Positions 51,049-59,820 of a stretch of DNA of 64,000 bases are shown here, in pieces. Position numbers and translations under genes: made by a program. Each line of letters opens with the position of its first letter. The first letter of the stretch is position 1. The stretch is from a virus, in the IMG/VR virus record IMGVR_UViG_3300047470_000295, positions 17,962 through 81,961 of that record. One strand, written 5' to 3'. The notes beneath the pieces were generated by a model, which saw only the letters and a list, made by a program, of their open reading frames with translations, was not told the DNA's origin and ran no database searches.

Positions 51049-51749
51049 CCGACGACCTGCTCGTCATCATCCCAACCCGCGGCCGGCCACAGGCCGTGCC
51101 GGAGATCGTGCAGGCGTGGGACGACACCGGGGCGACCGCCGACCTGCTGTTCGCGGTCGACACCGACGACCCGGAGCTCGCCGCGTACAAGAAGCACGCC
51201 GCCGAGCTGAAGGGCGACGGGCGGGTCCGGTTCACGTTCGGCAAGCGGCGCCGCCTGTGCGGCACCCTCAACCAGCAGGCCGTGAAGGCCGCCAAGACGT
51301 ACCGGTACCTCGCCTTCCTCGGCGACGACCACCGGCCCCGGCCCGCAGCGATGCCGTGGGATGCACGGATCCGGGAGTGCCTCTCTGGCGGGCCCGGCAT
51401 CGTCTACGGCAACGACCTGCTCATGGGCGAGCAGATGCCGACCGCCGTCGCGATGACGTCGGACATCGTCGACACGCTCGGCTACATGGCCCCGCCCGCC
51501 CTGGTCCACCTCTGCCTGGATCTCTGCTGGCTCGAATGGGGGAAGGCCATGCAGCGCATCACCTACCTCCCCGACATGGTGATCGAACATCTTCACCCCG
51601 CGAATGGCAAGGCGGTGTCTGATGCGGGATACGAAGAGGCGAATAGCGCAGAGCGCGTCGAGTCGGATTCGGCCGCCTATTACGCCTATATGCAGGGCGA
51701 GTTCATGGTCGATGCCGATAAACTGAGGGCGCTGGTTGCGACCAGCTAA
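51045..51749 (+). CDS. GT-A type glycosyltransferase
   Basis: LLVIIPTRGRP start and FLGDDH (DxD-like) motif. 234 aa. Confidence 0.65.
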   Translation: MADDLLVIIPTRGRPQAVPEIVQAWDDTGATADLLFAVDTDDPELAAYKKHAAELKGDGRVRFTFGKRRRLCGTLNQQAVKAAKTYRYLAFLGDDHRPRPAAMPWDARIRECLSGGPGIVYGNDLLMGEQMPTAVAMTSDIVDTLGYMAPPALVHLCLDLCWLEWGKAMQRITYLPDMVIEHLHPANGKAVSDAGYEEANSAERVESDSAAYYAYMQGEFMVDADKLRALVATS

Positions 51750-51756
51750 CATGTCG

Positions 51757-51785
51757 TCTAGCTGCGGCTGATCCCCGCAGCTAGA
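51757..51785 (+). terminator. perfect 11-bp stem hairpin
   Basis: TCTAGCTGCGG-ctgatcc-CCGCAGCTAGA. Further nested stems run up to 51830. Confidence 0.5.
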
Positions 51786-51834
51786 GGCGGGCTCCCTGTG
51801 ACGGGGCCCGCCTCGACTCGTCACAGGAGCGCAG

Positions 51835-52290
51835 TTGCTGAAGGTGTGCACTGGGTGCGGCGAAGCCAAGCCACTCGACCAGTACAACAAGAAGAAGAAC
51901 TCCAAGGATGGTCTGAACTATCAGTGCCGACCTTGCGTGAACCAATACAGCATCACCTGGTATCGCAACAACCTAGACCGGGTGAAGAAGGTCCATCGCG
52001 AGTACATGCTCGTCTCGCAGTACGGCATTACCGAGGAACAGTTCCAGGCAATGCTGAAACAACAGGGTGGAAGATGCGCCCTCTGCCCAGTGATCTTCTC
52101 GGACGAAGGGCGCCGCAACCTTTGCGTTGATCACGACCACGACACGGGGCGAGTCCGAGGTCTTCTGTGCGCCCGCTGCAATACCAGCATTGGCCAACTC
52201 GGCGACAACGCCGACGGCCTCCGACGGGCACTCGCATACGTCGAAGGCGCGGAGCAGTCGGATCGCAGCGAAGGTGATCTCGCGGCATAG
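51835..52290 (+). CDS. recombination endonuclease VII-family (HNH-like) endonuclease
   Basis: CRPC...GGRCALC...LCVDHDHDTGRVRGLLCARCN motif. AT-richer than the flanks. TTG or nearby start. Confidence 0.8.
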   Translation: MLKVCTGCGEAKPLDQYNKKKNSKDGLNYQCRPCVNQYSITWYRNNLDRVKKVHREYMLVSQYGITEEQFQAMLKQQGGRCALCPVIFSDEGRRNLCVDHDHDTGRVRGLLCARCNTSIGQLGDNADGLRRALAYVEGAEQSDRSEGDLAA

Positions 52291-52331
52291 CCCCCACCCC
52301 ACACGCCTGCGGCCAGCTACCGCAGGAAGGG

Positions 52332-52358
52332 AGCCCCAGCGTTCCAGGCGCTGGGGCT
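52332..52358 (+). terminator. 10-bp stem hairpin
   Basis: AGCCCCAGCG-7 nt-CGCTGGGGCT, preceded by CCTGCGG...CCGCAGG. Confidence 0.5.
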
Positions 52359-52377
52359 TCCGCGTTCCCTGGAAAGG

Positions 52378-52623
52378 ATGACGATGTCGACGACCGCCGA
52401 CAGTACTCGCCACCTCAAGACCATCTGGCGCGGCGAGAAGCCGTGGCACTGGAAGGCGCTGAAGATCGGGCACGTTCAGCCGCGCGGCTACCGGACCTTC
52501 TGGCGCAGCAAGTTTCTCTGGCAGATCCACCTGACGCCGGTCCACCTGGGCCGCGACAACTCGAAGTGGGAAGTCGGCCTCTGCTTCGGCAAGCGCACCG
52601 TCTACCTGCTCTCCCACCATTAA
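52378..52623 (+). CDS. Trp-rich hypothetical protein (81 aa)
   Basis: ATG ORF, AT-richer than the flanks. Confidence 0.4.
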   Translation: MTMSTTADSTRHLKTIWRGEKPWHWKALKIGHVQPRGYRTFWRSKFLWQIHLTPVHLGRDNSKWEVGLCFGKRTVYLLSHH

Positions 52624-52632
52624 GGAGGCAGC

Positions 52633-53229
52633 GTGAGCGCCGAAGCCGTCATCCAAGCGTGGGATCAGGCCGACCCCGAGGCGATCCACCCGCTCCGCCG
52701 CGTGTCCGAAGACGCGTACTGGGAGTCCGGACAGGTCCAGGCGGAGATGCTCGCCACCGTCATCCCCGACGGGGCGAAGGTCATGGACTTCGGCTGCGGT
52801 GACGGCCGCGTCGCCATCCCCATGGCCGTCCTCGGCTACGAGGTGACCGCCGTCGACTCCTCGCAGCGCATGCTCGACCGGCTCGCCGACCGCCTGCCCG
52901 ACGCCGACACCGTGCTGGCGGACGCCGACGGCATCGCCAAGCACCTCGGGCGTCGCCGCATGGACGCCGTCTACAGCCTCGCCGTCCTCATCCACCACAG
53001 CTACGCGGACTGCCTGAACATCATCGGCAAGCTGCGGGCTGCGACGAAGCTCGGCGGGATCCTCGTCCTCGACTGGCCGCTCAGCGAACAGCCCGCCGAA
53101 GCCGACAGCTGGATCGGCGTCACCACCTGGTCGAAGGAACAGCAGGCCGACGCTTGCGCACGGATCGGCCTGGAGCCCGTCGACAGTCACCTGCCGTGGG
53201 GCGTCTACCGGGCCGTGAAGGCGGGCTGA
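52633..53229 (+). CDS. class I SAM-dependent methyltransferase
   Basis: GTG follows AAGGAGG. Motif I is VMDFGCGDGR. Confidence 0.75.
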   Translation: MSAEAVIQAWDQADPEAIHPLRRVSEDAYWESGQVQAEMLATVIPDGAKVMDFGCGDGRVAIPMAVLGYEVTAVDSSQRMLDRLADRLPDADTVLADADGIAKHLGRRRMDAVYSLAVLIHHSYADCLNIIGKLRAATKLGGILVLDWPLSEQPAEADSWIGVTTWSKEQQADACARIGLEPVDSHLPWGVYRAVKAG

Positions 53230-53241
53230 GGGCGTGATCGG

Positions 53242-53451
53242 CTACGGAATCTCATCAAGGGCCGATGTGTCGATTAGGTCGATCTCGTCCTGGAATGCCG
53301 TGACCAGAATCGCGAACGCGATCTGATCCGGAGTCGGGCGGAGTGGCAGGAAGACCTCGGACTTCCAAGGGTGATCGTTCCGATAGAACGCGGCCCTCGG
53401 CTCAAGGATGCCGCCGTTCCGGTAGGTGTTCGCACCCTCTTCAGATTCCAT
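53242..53451 (-). CDS. small hypothetical protein (69 aa), lone minus-strand ORF
   Basis: ATG at 53451, AT-richer than the flanks. Weak call. Confidence 0.35.
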   Translation of the reverse strand: MESEEGANTYRNGGILEPRAAFYRNDHPWKSEVFLPLRPTPDQIAFAILVTAFQDEIDLIDTSALDEIP

Positions 53452-53476
53452 GCCCCCATCGTGACAGGAGGCTCCG

Positions 53477-54343
53477 ATGCACGTCCTCCTTACGGGCCAC
53501 CGGGGCTTCGTCGGCCGCCATCTGCACGCCGCGCTCGACGCCCGGGGCGACGACGTCACCGGCGTCGACCTCATCGACGGCCGCGACGCACTCGACCTGT
53601 TCCGCTTCGACCAGCGGCCCTACGACCTCGCCATCCACTGCGCGGCGGTCGTCGGCGGCCGGGCCAGCATCGACGGCAGCCCCCTCGGCGTCGCCACCAA
53701 CCTGGCACTGGACTCCTGGTACTTCCGCTGGCTGATCCGCACCGGCACCCCGCGCGCCGTCTTCTTCAGCTCGTCGGCCGCCTACCCGGTTGCCCTCCAG
53801 CAGCCCGGCCCGATTCACCGGCTCGTCGAGACAGACATCGACTACGAGCAGCCCGGACGGCCCGACGCGACCTACGGGCTCACGAAGCTGGCGGGGGAGC
53901 AGCTCGCCCAGTACGCCGAAGCCGAAGGCTGCCGCGTCCACGTGCTCCGGCCGTTCTCCGGCTACGGCGCTGACCAGGACGACTGCTACCCGTTCCCCGC
54001 GTTCATCCGCCGGGCGAAGGAGCGGCAGGACCCGTTCGAGATCTGGGGCGACGGCAGCAGCACGCGGGATTGGATCCACATCGACGACCTGGTGGGCGCC
54101 ACCCTCGCGGCCGTCGATCAGGACGCCACCGGGCCGATCAACCTCGGCTGGGGACGAGCGACCAGCTTCGACGAACTCGCCGGCCTCGTCACCACGGCAG
54201 CCGGCTACCAGCCCGAGCTCAAGCACCTCGCCACCGCACCCCAAGGCGTCCACCACCGCGTGTGCGACCCGAAGCGGATGCTCGACGTCTACCAGCCGCG
54301 CGTATCCCTCGAAGAGGGCATCCGGCGCGCACTCAACACCTGA
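53477..54343 (+). CDS. NAD-dependent sugar epimerase/dehydratase (extended SDR)
   Basis: MHVLLTGHRGFVGRHL Rossmann start and YGLTK catalytic motif. Confidence 0.85.
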   Translation: MHVLLTGHRGFVGRHLHAALDARGDDVTGVDLIDGRDALDLFRFDQRPYDLAIHCAAVVGGRASIDGSPLGVATNLALDSWYFRWLIRTGTPRAVFFSSSAAYPVALQQPGPIHRLVETDIDYEQPGRPDATYGLTKLAGEQLAQYAEAEGCRVHVLRPFSGYGADQDDCYPFPAFIRRAKERQDPFEIWGDGSSTRDWIHIDDLVGATLAAVDQDATGPINLGWGRATSFDELAGLVTTAAGYQPELKHLATAPQGVHHRVCDPKRMLDVYQPRVSLEEGIRRALNT

Positions 54344-54352
54344 CCACCACCC

Positions 54353-54371
54353 GGAAGGCCCGCGCCCATGG
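54353..54371 (+). promoter_or_regulatory. start-associated sequence, variant copy
   Basis: GGAAGGCCCGCGCCCATGG spanning the start of 54368. Confidence 0.4.
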
Positions 54372-54649
54372 CTTCCCCCGTCCCGGATCTGCCCCTCTGG
54401 GCATGGAACCTGATCATCGCGATCCAGCGCCACGAAGAAGTGCACGGCAAGAGCGACACCTGCCTCACCGGAGTCCTCAACGCCGTCCCCGACGACGTCC
54501 GCGCCCAAGCCGAAGCCATCAGCAGCTACGTACAGAAGGCCAGCGGCAACGAGTTCGGCAAGCGCATCAGCGACGGACTCAGCGACCTCGTCGACTCCCT
54601 CGGCAACCTCCAGCCGGTTCCGCCGGACAGGGGAGGCGAGACGCCTTGA
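54368..54649 (+). CDS. hypothetical protein (93 aa)
   Basis: ATG within the start-associated motif. Confidence 0.45.
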   Translation: MASPVPDLPLWAWNLIIAIQRHEEVHGKSDTCLTGVLNAVPDDVRAQAEAISSYVQKASGNEFGKRISDGLSDLVDSLGNLQPVPPDRGGETP

Positions 54650-54894
54650 CCGCTGCCAGCGACAAGCCCAAGAAGGCGCTCACGGAGCGACGCGGCGCCG
54701 ACATCGAGATCATCGACCGAGGAAGCGGGGGGCCCGTCCTCGTGCCGAGCGCCGTCCGCATCAACGGAGTCGACATCCCCATCCCCTCCGGGACGAAGAT
54801 CCGCGTCCACGACATCAGCGAAGACGAAGCCGTCACCGTCACGCTGACCCTCTTCGCCCGCCGCATCGTCATCGCCGCAGAAGAAGACCTCTGA
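54646..54894 (+). CDS. hypothetical protein (82 aa)
   Basis: TTGA coupling. TTG start assumed. Confidence 0.4.
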   Translation: MTAASDKPKKALTERRGADIEIIDRGSGGPVLVPSAVRINGVDIPIPSGTKIRVHDISEDEAVTVTLTLFARRIVIAAEEDL

Positions 54895-54898
54895 CCAC

Positions 54899-54914
54899 GG
54901 AGCCCGCGCCATGG
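54899..54914 (+). promoter_or_regulatory. start-associated sequence, copy 2
   Basis: GGAGCCCGCGCCATGG, identical to copy 1, spanning the start of 54911. Confidence 0.5.
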
Positions 54915-55492
54915 ATCTCCACGCCTGGATCACCCAGCAAGTCGACGAGGCTGAGGCGGCAGCGCGCGCCCAGTTGAAGGGACTCCGCGTCGCCTTCGAG
55001 CCGCACGACGGCGGGCCCGTCATCACCGGCACCGTCACCGAAGCCGCGCGCACGACCGAAGGACTCCAGCTCGCCGTCGCTCAGTACGGCGCCGAGCCAG
55101 TCGACGACGCATGGGCGAACGTTCCGCAAGTGGCTGCCCTCCTGCGCCGCTGCGAAGCGGACCGCCGGATCCTCGCCCGGCACCGACTCGATCCCGCCCA
55201 AGACGCGTTCCCGGTCGCGTGCGAGGGCTGCGGCCTCGACGACTGGGGCCTGCCCAACATCGAGAACCTGAACGACTGCCCCGAGCTCCTCGACCTCGGC
55301 CACGCGCACGGACTGACGAACGAGATCCTCGCCGGACTCGACCGGCCGCAGGCGACCGAGCAGCCGAAGCGAGAGCCACACCCCGAAGGCTTCGCCGGGA
55401 TGCTCCGCGACGCGTTCACCGCAGCACTCACCCCGCCGATCACTACCAGCGACGTGCCCGAAGCGCTACGCGGGCCCCGCTGGAAGCCGTAA
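54911..55492 (+). CDS. DUF6221-like protein (193 aa)
   Basis: LLRRCEADRRILARH and a CEGC pair. Same pattern family as 5217-5672. Confidence 0.5.
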   Translation: MDLHAWITQQVDEAEAAARAQLKGLRVAFEPHDGGPVITGTVTEAARTTEGLQLAVAQYGAEPVDDAWANVPQVAALLRRCEADRRILARHRLDPAQDAFPVACEGCGLDDWGLPNIENLNDCPELLDLGHAHGLTNEILAGLDRPQATEQPKREPHPEGFAGMLRDAFTAALTPPITTSDVPEALRGPRWKP

Positions 55493-55504
55493 CCCCACCC
55501 CACA

Positions 55505-55521
55505 GGAGCCCGCGCCCATGG
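55505..55521 (+). promoter_or_regulatory. start-associated sequence, copy 3
   Basis: GGAGCCCGCGCCCATGG (one extra C) spanning the start of 55518. Confidence 0.5.
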
Positions 55522-55847
55522 CCCGCTACACGATCAAGTACCTCACCGGCGACGAAGAGACCGTCCAGGCGAAATCGGTCGCCCACGATCCCGGCGCCCG
55601 CCAGTACGTCTTCCACCGCCAAGACCGCACCTACGCGCCGGTTGCCCTGATCCCGCTGGACAATGTCCTGAGCATTCACCGCGAGGACGACGAGGCGGAG
55701 GCGCCGGTCGGCTACCCGCACCAGGACGGCGACGTCACGGTACTCGGACCCGAGGTGTTCGCCTCACCGGACGGAGAGGTCATCTCCTGGGCAGGCGTCA
55801 ACTACGTCCGGCGCGGCCTCCCGGCGCTCGGGAAGGTGACCGGCTGA
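55518..55847 (+). CDS. hypothetical protein (109 aa)
   Basis: ATG within the motif. Confidence 0.45.
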   Translation: MARYTIKYLTGDEETVQAKSVAHDPGARQYVFHRQDRTYAPVALIPLDNVLSIHREDDEAEAPVGYPHQDGDVTVLGPEVFASPDGEVISWAGVNYVRRGLPALGKVTG

Positions 55848-56515
55848 TGGCCCGCCTGCAGATCCTCGAACTCCCCGAAGGCGCCAACGACGACCGGGCG
55901 CCGTTCGTGCTCGTCGTCGACCAGATGCCCGCCGACGAGACGGCATTCGACCAGCTCCGGACAGACCTCAGCAGCGACGTGGCCGCTCGCATTGGCGCCC
56001 GCGCTGTCCTCGCCTTCGAAGGCAGCATCGAGATCCCTGCGAACGACACCACTGCATACGCGCAGCAGGTCGCCGAAGAAGTCGGCTTCACCCTCGGAAA
56101 GGTCACGCGAGCGGTCAGCTCGCAGCACTTGGCGGACGAGCGCACCGACATCGCCCGCGACATGGACCGGCTCGCCAGCCACAAGGACAAACTCCTTGAC
56201 GCCCTCGGTATGGACCCCACCCGCGACTGGGACGACATCCGCAACGCTGCTGCCGGAATCCGCAAGCAGCGAGACGTGCAGGCGGAAGCGCTGGAACAGC
56301 TTCGGGCAGGCGAAGAACCTGGCTGGGACCACAGCATCGTGCCCACCCCCGGGCAGTACATCGCGCGATGGAACCAGGTCACGCCAGAGAAGCGCCTCAG
56401 TATGGCGGCAGAGATCATCGAAGGTATGAAGCGATCAAGCGAGTGCCTCATGGAGGACCACGCGGGTCGGATCGCTCAACTCCGAGCCGAAGCCGCCCGG
56501 TCTGCCGATGCCTGA
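55847..56515 (+). CDS. hypothetical protein (222 aa)
   Basis: TGATG junction. Confidence 0.5.
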   Translation: MARLQILELPEGANDDRAPFVLVVDQMPADETAFDQLRTDLSSDVAARIGARAVLAFEGSIEIPANDTTAYAQQVAEEVGFTLGKVTRAVSSQHLADERTDIARDMDRLASHKDKLLDALGMDPTRDWDDIRNAAAGIRKQRDVQAEALEQLRAGEEPGWDHSIVPTPGQYIARWNQVTPEKRLSMAAEIIEGMKRSSECLMEDHAGRIAQLRAEAARSADA

Positions 56516-56708
56516 CGTCACCGTCAAACTGTCCGACGGCGTCCGCGAGATCACCGTCGAAGCCCAAGGCGACGGCGCCCTCGACGAAGCAGAAGCAGCA
56601 GCCATCCGGCTGTACGGGGCCGTCGTCGCCAGCAGCCCGGCCGGACGGCGCTTCGGCTTCGCCAACTGGGCACTCGCCAGCGACACCGAACGCAGCCCCG
56701 AGGAGTAG
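56508..56708 (+). CDS. hypothetical protein (66 aa)
   Basis: 8-nt overlap with the previous gene. Confidence 0.4.
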   Translation: MPDVTVKLSDGVREITVEAQGDGALDEAEAAAIRLYGAVVASSPAGRRFGFANWALASDTERSPEE

Positions 56709-56711
56709 GCG

Positions 56712-56999
56712 ATGAGCGGCGGCTGGAAGAACTCGGACCGCAAGAGCCGGCTGCCCAGTAACTGGGCCCGCCTTCGCGCCGAGACTCTCGCCAAGCATCC
56801 GACCTGCGTTCTCTGCGGCGTTCGACCCTCCACACACTGTGATCACATCAAGGCCAAGACCGACGATCACAAGCAGCTCCAAGGCGTCTGCGCCGAATGC
56901 CACGCACAGAAGAGCAGCAGAGAAGGCAACGACGCCCAGCGGGCCAACCCGCAGCCCGGACGCACGCGACCGCCCGAACAGCACCCCGGACTCCTGTAA
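56712..56999 (+). CDS. HNH endonuclease (95 aa)
   Basis: CVLCG...HCDHIKAK...CAECHAQKS. Confidence 0.8.
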   Translation: MSGGWKNSDRKSRLPSNWARLRAETLAKHPTCVLCGVRPSTHCDHIKAKTDDHKQLQGVCAECHAQKSSREGNDAQRANPQPGRTRPPEQHPGLL

Positions 57000-57003
57000 G
57001 GCG

Positions 57004-57225
57004 GTGAACGTGCCCGCCTACCTGATCATCTACACCGAACGGCGAGGCGACGACACCGTCCTCGAAGACGACGAACTCGCACTCGAACTCGACGCCAACT
57101 GGGCCACCTTCTACGACGCCCACGGCATCTGCTTCACCTCACCCCGCGAGCGCATCAGCAGCATCCAACGGGTAGACGAACAGCAGGACCCCGAAGACCA
57201 GGAGCCCGCGCCGCAGAAGGAGTGA
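57004..57225 (+). CDS. acidic hypothetical protein (73 aa)
   Basis: GTG start. The 3' end carries a GGAGCCCGCGCC copy inside coding sequence. Confidence 0.4.
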   Translation: MNVPAYLIIYTERRGDDTVLEDDELALELDANWATFYDAHGICFTSPRERISSIQRVDEQQDPEDQEPAPQKE

Positions 57226-57231
57226 TGATCT

Positions 57232-57483
57232 GTGGCCAGCAAGGGACGCGGCAACCGCCGCTCCGGTGGCAACGCCCAAACCCTCCGGAACTACTGGACC
57301 CGCGGAGCCGGCGCAGCCAAGATCCGCTGGGGGACCCCCGGAGACTGGTCGCGCTGTAACCGCATGCTCTCCAAGTACATGGGCGCCCGCGCCAAGGGCT
57401 ACTGCCAACTCAGGCACATGGCAGCCACCGGCACGACCACCAGCGCCCACGCCAAGGCAATGCGCGGAGGACGCCGTGGCTAG
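57232..57483 (+). CDS. conserved actinophage small basic protein (RWGTPGD motif)
   Basis: LRNYWTRGAGAAKIRWGTPGDWSRC pattern recalled from head-region proteins of actinobacterial phages. Confidence 0.5.
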   Translation: MASKGRGNRRSGGNAQTLRNYWTRGAGAAKIRWGTPGDWSRCNRMLSKYMGARAKGYCQLRHMAATGTTTSAHAKAMRGGRRG

Positions 57484-57775
57484 CTACACCGTCGAGGCCG
57501 ACGAGTGGGGTGTCCACGGCATCACTCTCGACGCCGGCAACGTCACCACCGTCCACTTCCCCGACGACGTCGATGAGATCGAAGTCCTATCCCACGACGG
57601 CACCGCCGCCATCTACTTCACCGTCGACGGCAGCGACCCCGCCGTCGAAGGCCGCGCCTCCCGCGTCCTCCCCGCGGCGATCAGCTCCGCGCAAGTCGAG
57701 CCGCCCACCGCAGGCCCGACCGTCGTCAAGCTGATCTCCGCAGGGACGCCGAAGGTGTCGGTGACCCGGACATGA
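57476..57775 (+). CDS. hypothetical beta-rich protein (99 aa)
   Basis: GTG overlaps the previous gene end. Confidence 0.45.
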   Translation: MASYTVEADEWGVHGITLDAGNVTTVHFPDDVDEIEVLSHDGTAAIYFTVDGSDPAVEGRASRVLPAAISSAQVEPPTAGPTVVKLISAGTPKVSVTRT

Positions 57776-58869
57776 GGCGAACCAGCTACAGCCCCAAGGT
57801 CCCCGACGCCGCCACCAAAGCCATGGTCGACACCGTCGCGAACGCGGCCCTCGCCGACAACGCCGAGGTCGCGGCACGACTCGCCGCGCAGAAGGCCGAA
57901 CAGGACGCGCTCGCCGCTGAGATGGCCACACGGATGGCGACCCTCGGCGACATCGCCGCCCAACTCGCCCCGCTCCAGCAGAACGCCAGCATCGAACACG
58001 CCCGACTCCAGAGCCTGTTCGACCAAGCCGAGGCGGCCATCGCAGCCCTCCGGCCGCTCATCGCCGAAGCCCAGGCCGACGCAGACTCGGCCGGGGTCCA
58101 AGCGCAAGGCGCCTACGACAAGGCGAGCACCGCGATCGGCCTGGCGCAGGACGCAGGCGCTCTCGCACAGCAGGCCAGCACCACAGCCACAGCAGCGAGC
58201 AACGCATCCGCACAGGCCCTCGCACAGTCCGACCAAGCACAGACCGCCAGCACGGCCGCCAAGACCGACGCCGGCCAAGCGAAGACCGCGGCCAACGCGG
58301 CGCAGTCAACAGCCGGCCAGGCCGCAGCAGACGCGGCCACGGCCAAGACCAACGCGGCCACCGCGCAGACCACGGCGCAAGACGCCGCCACCAAAGCCAC
58401 GACCGCCAGCACCACCGCGGCCGGAGCCAAGACCACCGCCGACAATGCGGCAGCCGCAGCCGGGACAGCCCAGACCACAGCCTCCGCGGCCCAGGCGGCA
58501 GCCGGTGCGGCCGGCACCAAGGCCGAACAAGCGAGCAGCGCAGCAGCAACTGTTGCCAGCAGGGCAACAGCACTGGAGACAGACGTCGCAATACTCAAGG
58601 CCAAGACCGTTGCGATCAGGCGAGCCGTTCCGACGCTGCCCCTCATCGCGCTCGGTGCCAGCTACGACCAGGTCATCACGTGGTCGATGCCGATGCCGAG
58701 CAGCACGTACAGCGTGGACATCGCTGCGAGTGCAGGTCTCATCGGGAAGGCGACAGCGGCCGTGAAGGCCGGATCCCAGACAGCAACAGGTCTGACGGTC
58801 ACCGTCACCGCAGGGCTCCTCGTGTCGGCAGGCCAGACACTCGACGTCACCGCCTACCGGTACGGCTGA
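57772..58869 (+). CDS. Ala/Thr/Gln-rich coiled fibre-like protein with a globular C-terminal domain (365 aa)
   Basis: ATGA coupling. About 160 aa of low-complexity helix with roughly 11-residue periodicity, then a beta-rich ~90-aa tail. Confidence 0.6.
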   Translation: MRRTSYSPKVPDAATKAMVDTVANAALADNAEVAARLAAQKAEQDALAAEMATRMATLGDIAAQLAPLQQNASIEHARLQSLFDQAEAAIAALRPLIAEAQADADSAGVQAQGAYDKASTAIGLAQDAGALAQQASTTATAASNASAQALAQSDQAQTASTAAKTDAGQAKTAANAAQSTAGQAAADAATAKTNAATAQTTAQDAATKATTASTTAAGAKTTADNAAAAAGTAQTTASAAQAAAGAAGTKAEQASSAAATVASRATALETDVAILKAKTVAIRRAVPTLPLIALGASYDQVITWSMPMPSSTYSVDIAASAGLIGKATAAVKAGSQTATGLTVTVTAGLLVSAGQTLDVTAYRYG

Positions 58870-58971
58870 CACGGAACCGCCCCACTGTCAGCGGGCGTTG
58901 AGACAATAGAACCCCGGCGAGTGCGCTAACACTCCCGGGGCCACGGCCAGCCCTGACATGACAGGACCGAC

Positions 58972-59820
58972 ATGACCCAGGCTATACGCCCAAGCTCCAT
59001 CATCTGCGCCCGGTGCGGTACCGAGAAGGTTGTCGGTAGGCGCGGCCCCATTCCGGTCTACTGCTCTGGAGCATGCCGATCTGGCACGGCCCACGACATC
59101 CGGATCGATATCAACTGCGCCCAATGCGGTGGATCTGCGAGCGGGCGGCCGGGCACGATCTACTGCTCGCCGCGCTGCAGGAACGCCCGCAGCCACCAGC
59201 AGGCCCGAGTGGACGGCAGGTACGACCAAGCACTCCGCGCCAAGCGCGAGGCGACACGCCTACGGCAGGCGGCCAACGCGCGGCCCTGCCCGTACTGCTC
59301 AGGCCCGATGCTGTCCCCGCGGACAAAGCAGTGCGGCGCCCCTGACTGCAAGCGGCTCTTCAACGCGGACCGCATGCGTGACTGGAGCCGGGCGTACCGC
59401 CAGGAACACGGGGCCTGGTACGCCGGCCTGAACTATCCCGGCCAGCAGCGGGCCTACGAGAAGCGCCGCCGCCAGGAGAGGGAGCATTGGCGACGGCTAT
59501 ACCCAGAACGCGCTGCAGAGTACGACGCACGACGACGAGCACTCGTCGAGCAAGCTCGCGGCACGGAGACGTTCGCTCCCATCGACGTCCACACCAGGGA
59601 CGAGTGGACCTGCAAGCTCTGCCTGCAGCCCATCGACCCTGGTGTTGCATGGCCTGACCCGATGAGCCCGAGCGTCGACCACGTGATCCCTCTGTCCCGA
59701 GGCGGAGCACACGCGATGCACAACGTGCAGAGCGCTCACCTCGGATGCAACAGCAGCAAGGGAGACAAACTGCTGATCGAACTGGTCATCGCGGCCGGAG
59801 CGCAGGCGACCGCGAGGTAG
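58972..59820 (+). CDS. HNH endonuclease with N-terminal zinc-ribbon repeats (282 aa)
   Basis: CKLC...SVDHVIPLSRGGAHAMHNVQSAHLGCNSSKGDK. Located just upstream of the terminase genes. Confidence 0.8.
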   Translation: MTQAIRPSSIICARCGTEKVVGRRGPIPVYCSGACRSGTAHDIRIDINCAQCGGSASGRPGTIYCSPRCRNARSHQQARVDGRYDQALRAKREATRLRQAANARPCPYCSGPMLSPRTKQCGAPDCKRLFNADRMRDWSRAYRQEHGAWYAGLNYPGQQRAYEKRRRQEREHWRRLYPERAAEYDARRRALVEQARGTETFAPIDVHTRDEWTCKLCLQPIDPGVAWPDPMSPSVDHVIPLSRGGAHAMHNVQSAHLGCNSSKGDKLLIELVIAAGAQATAR

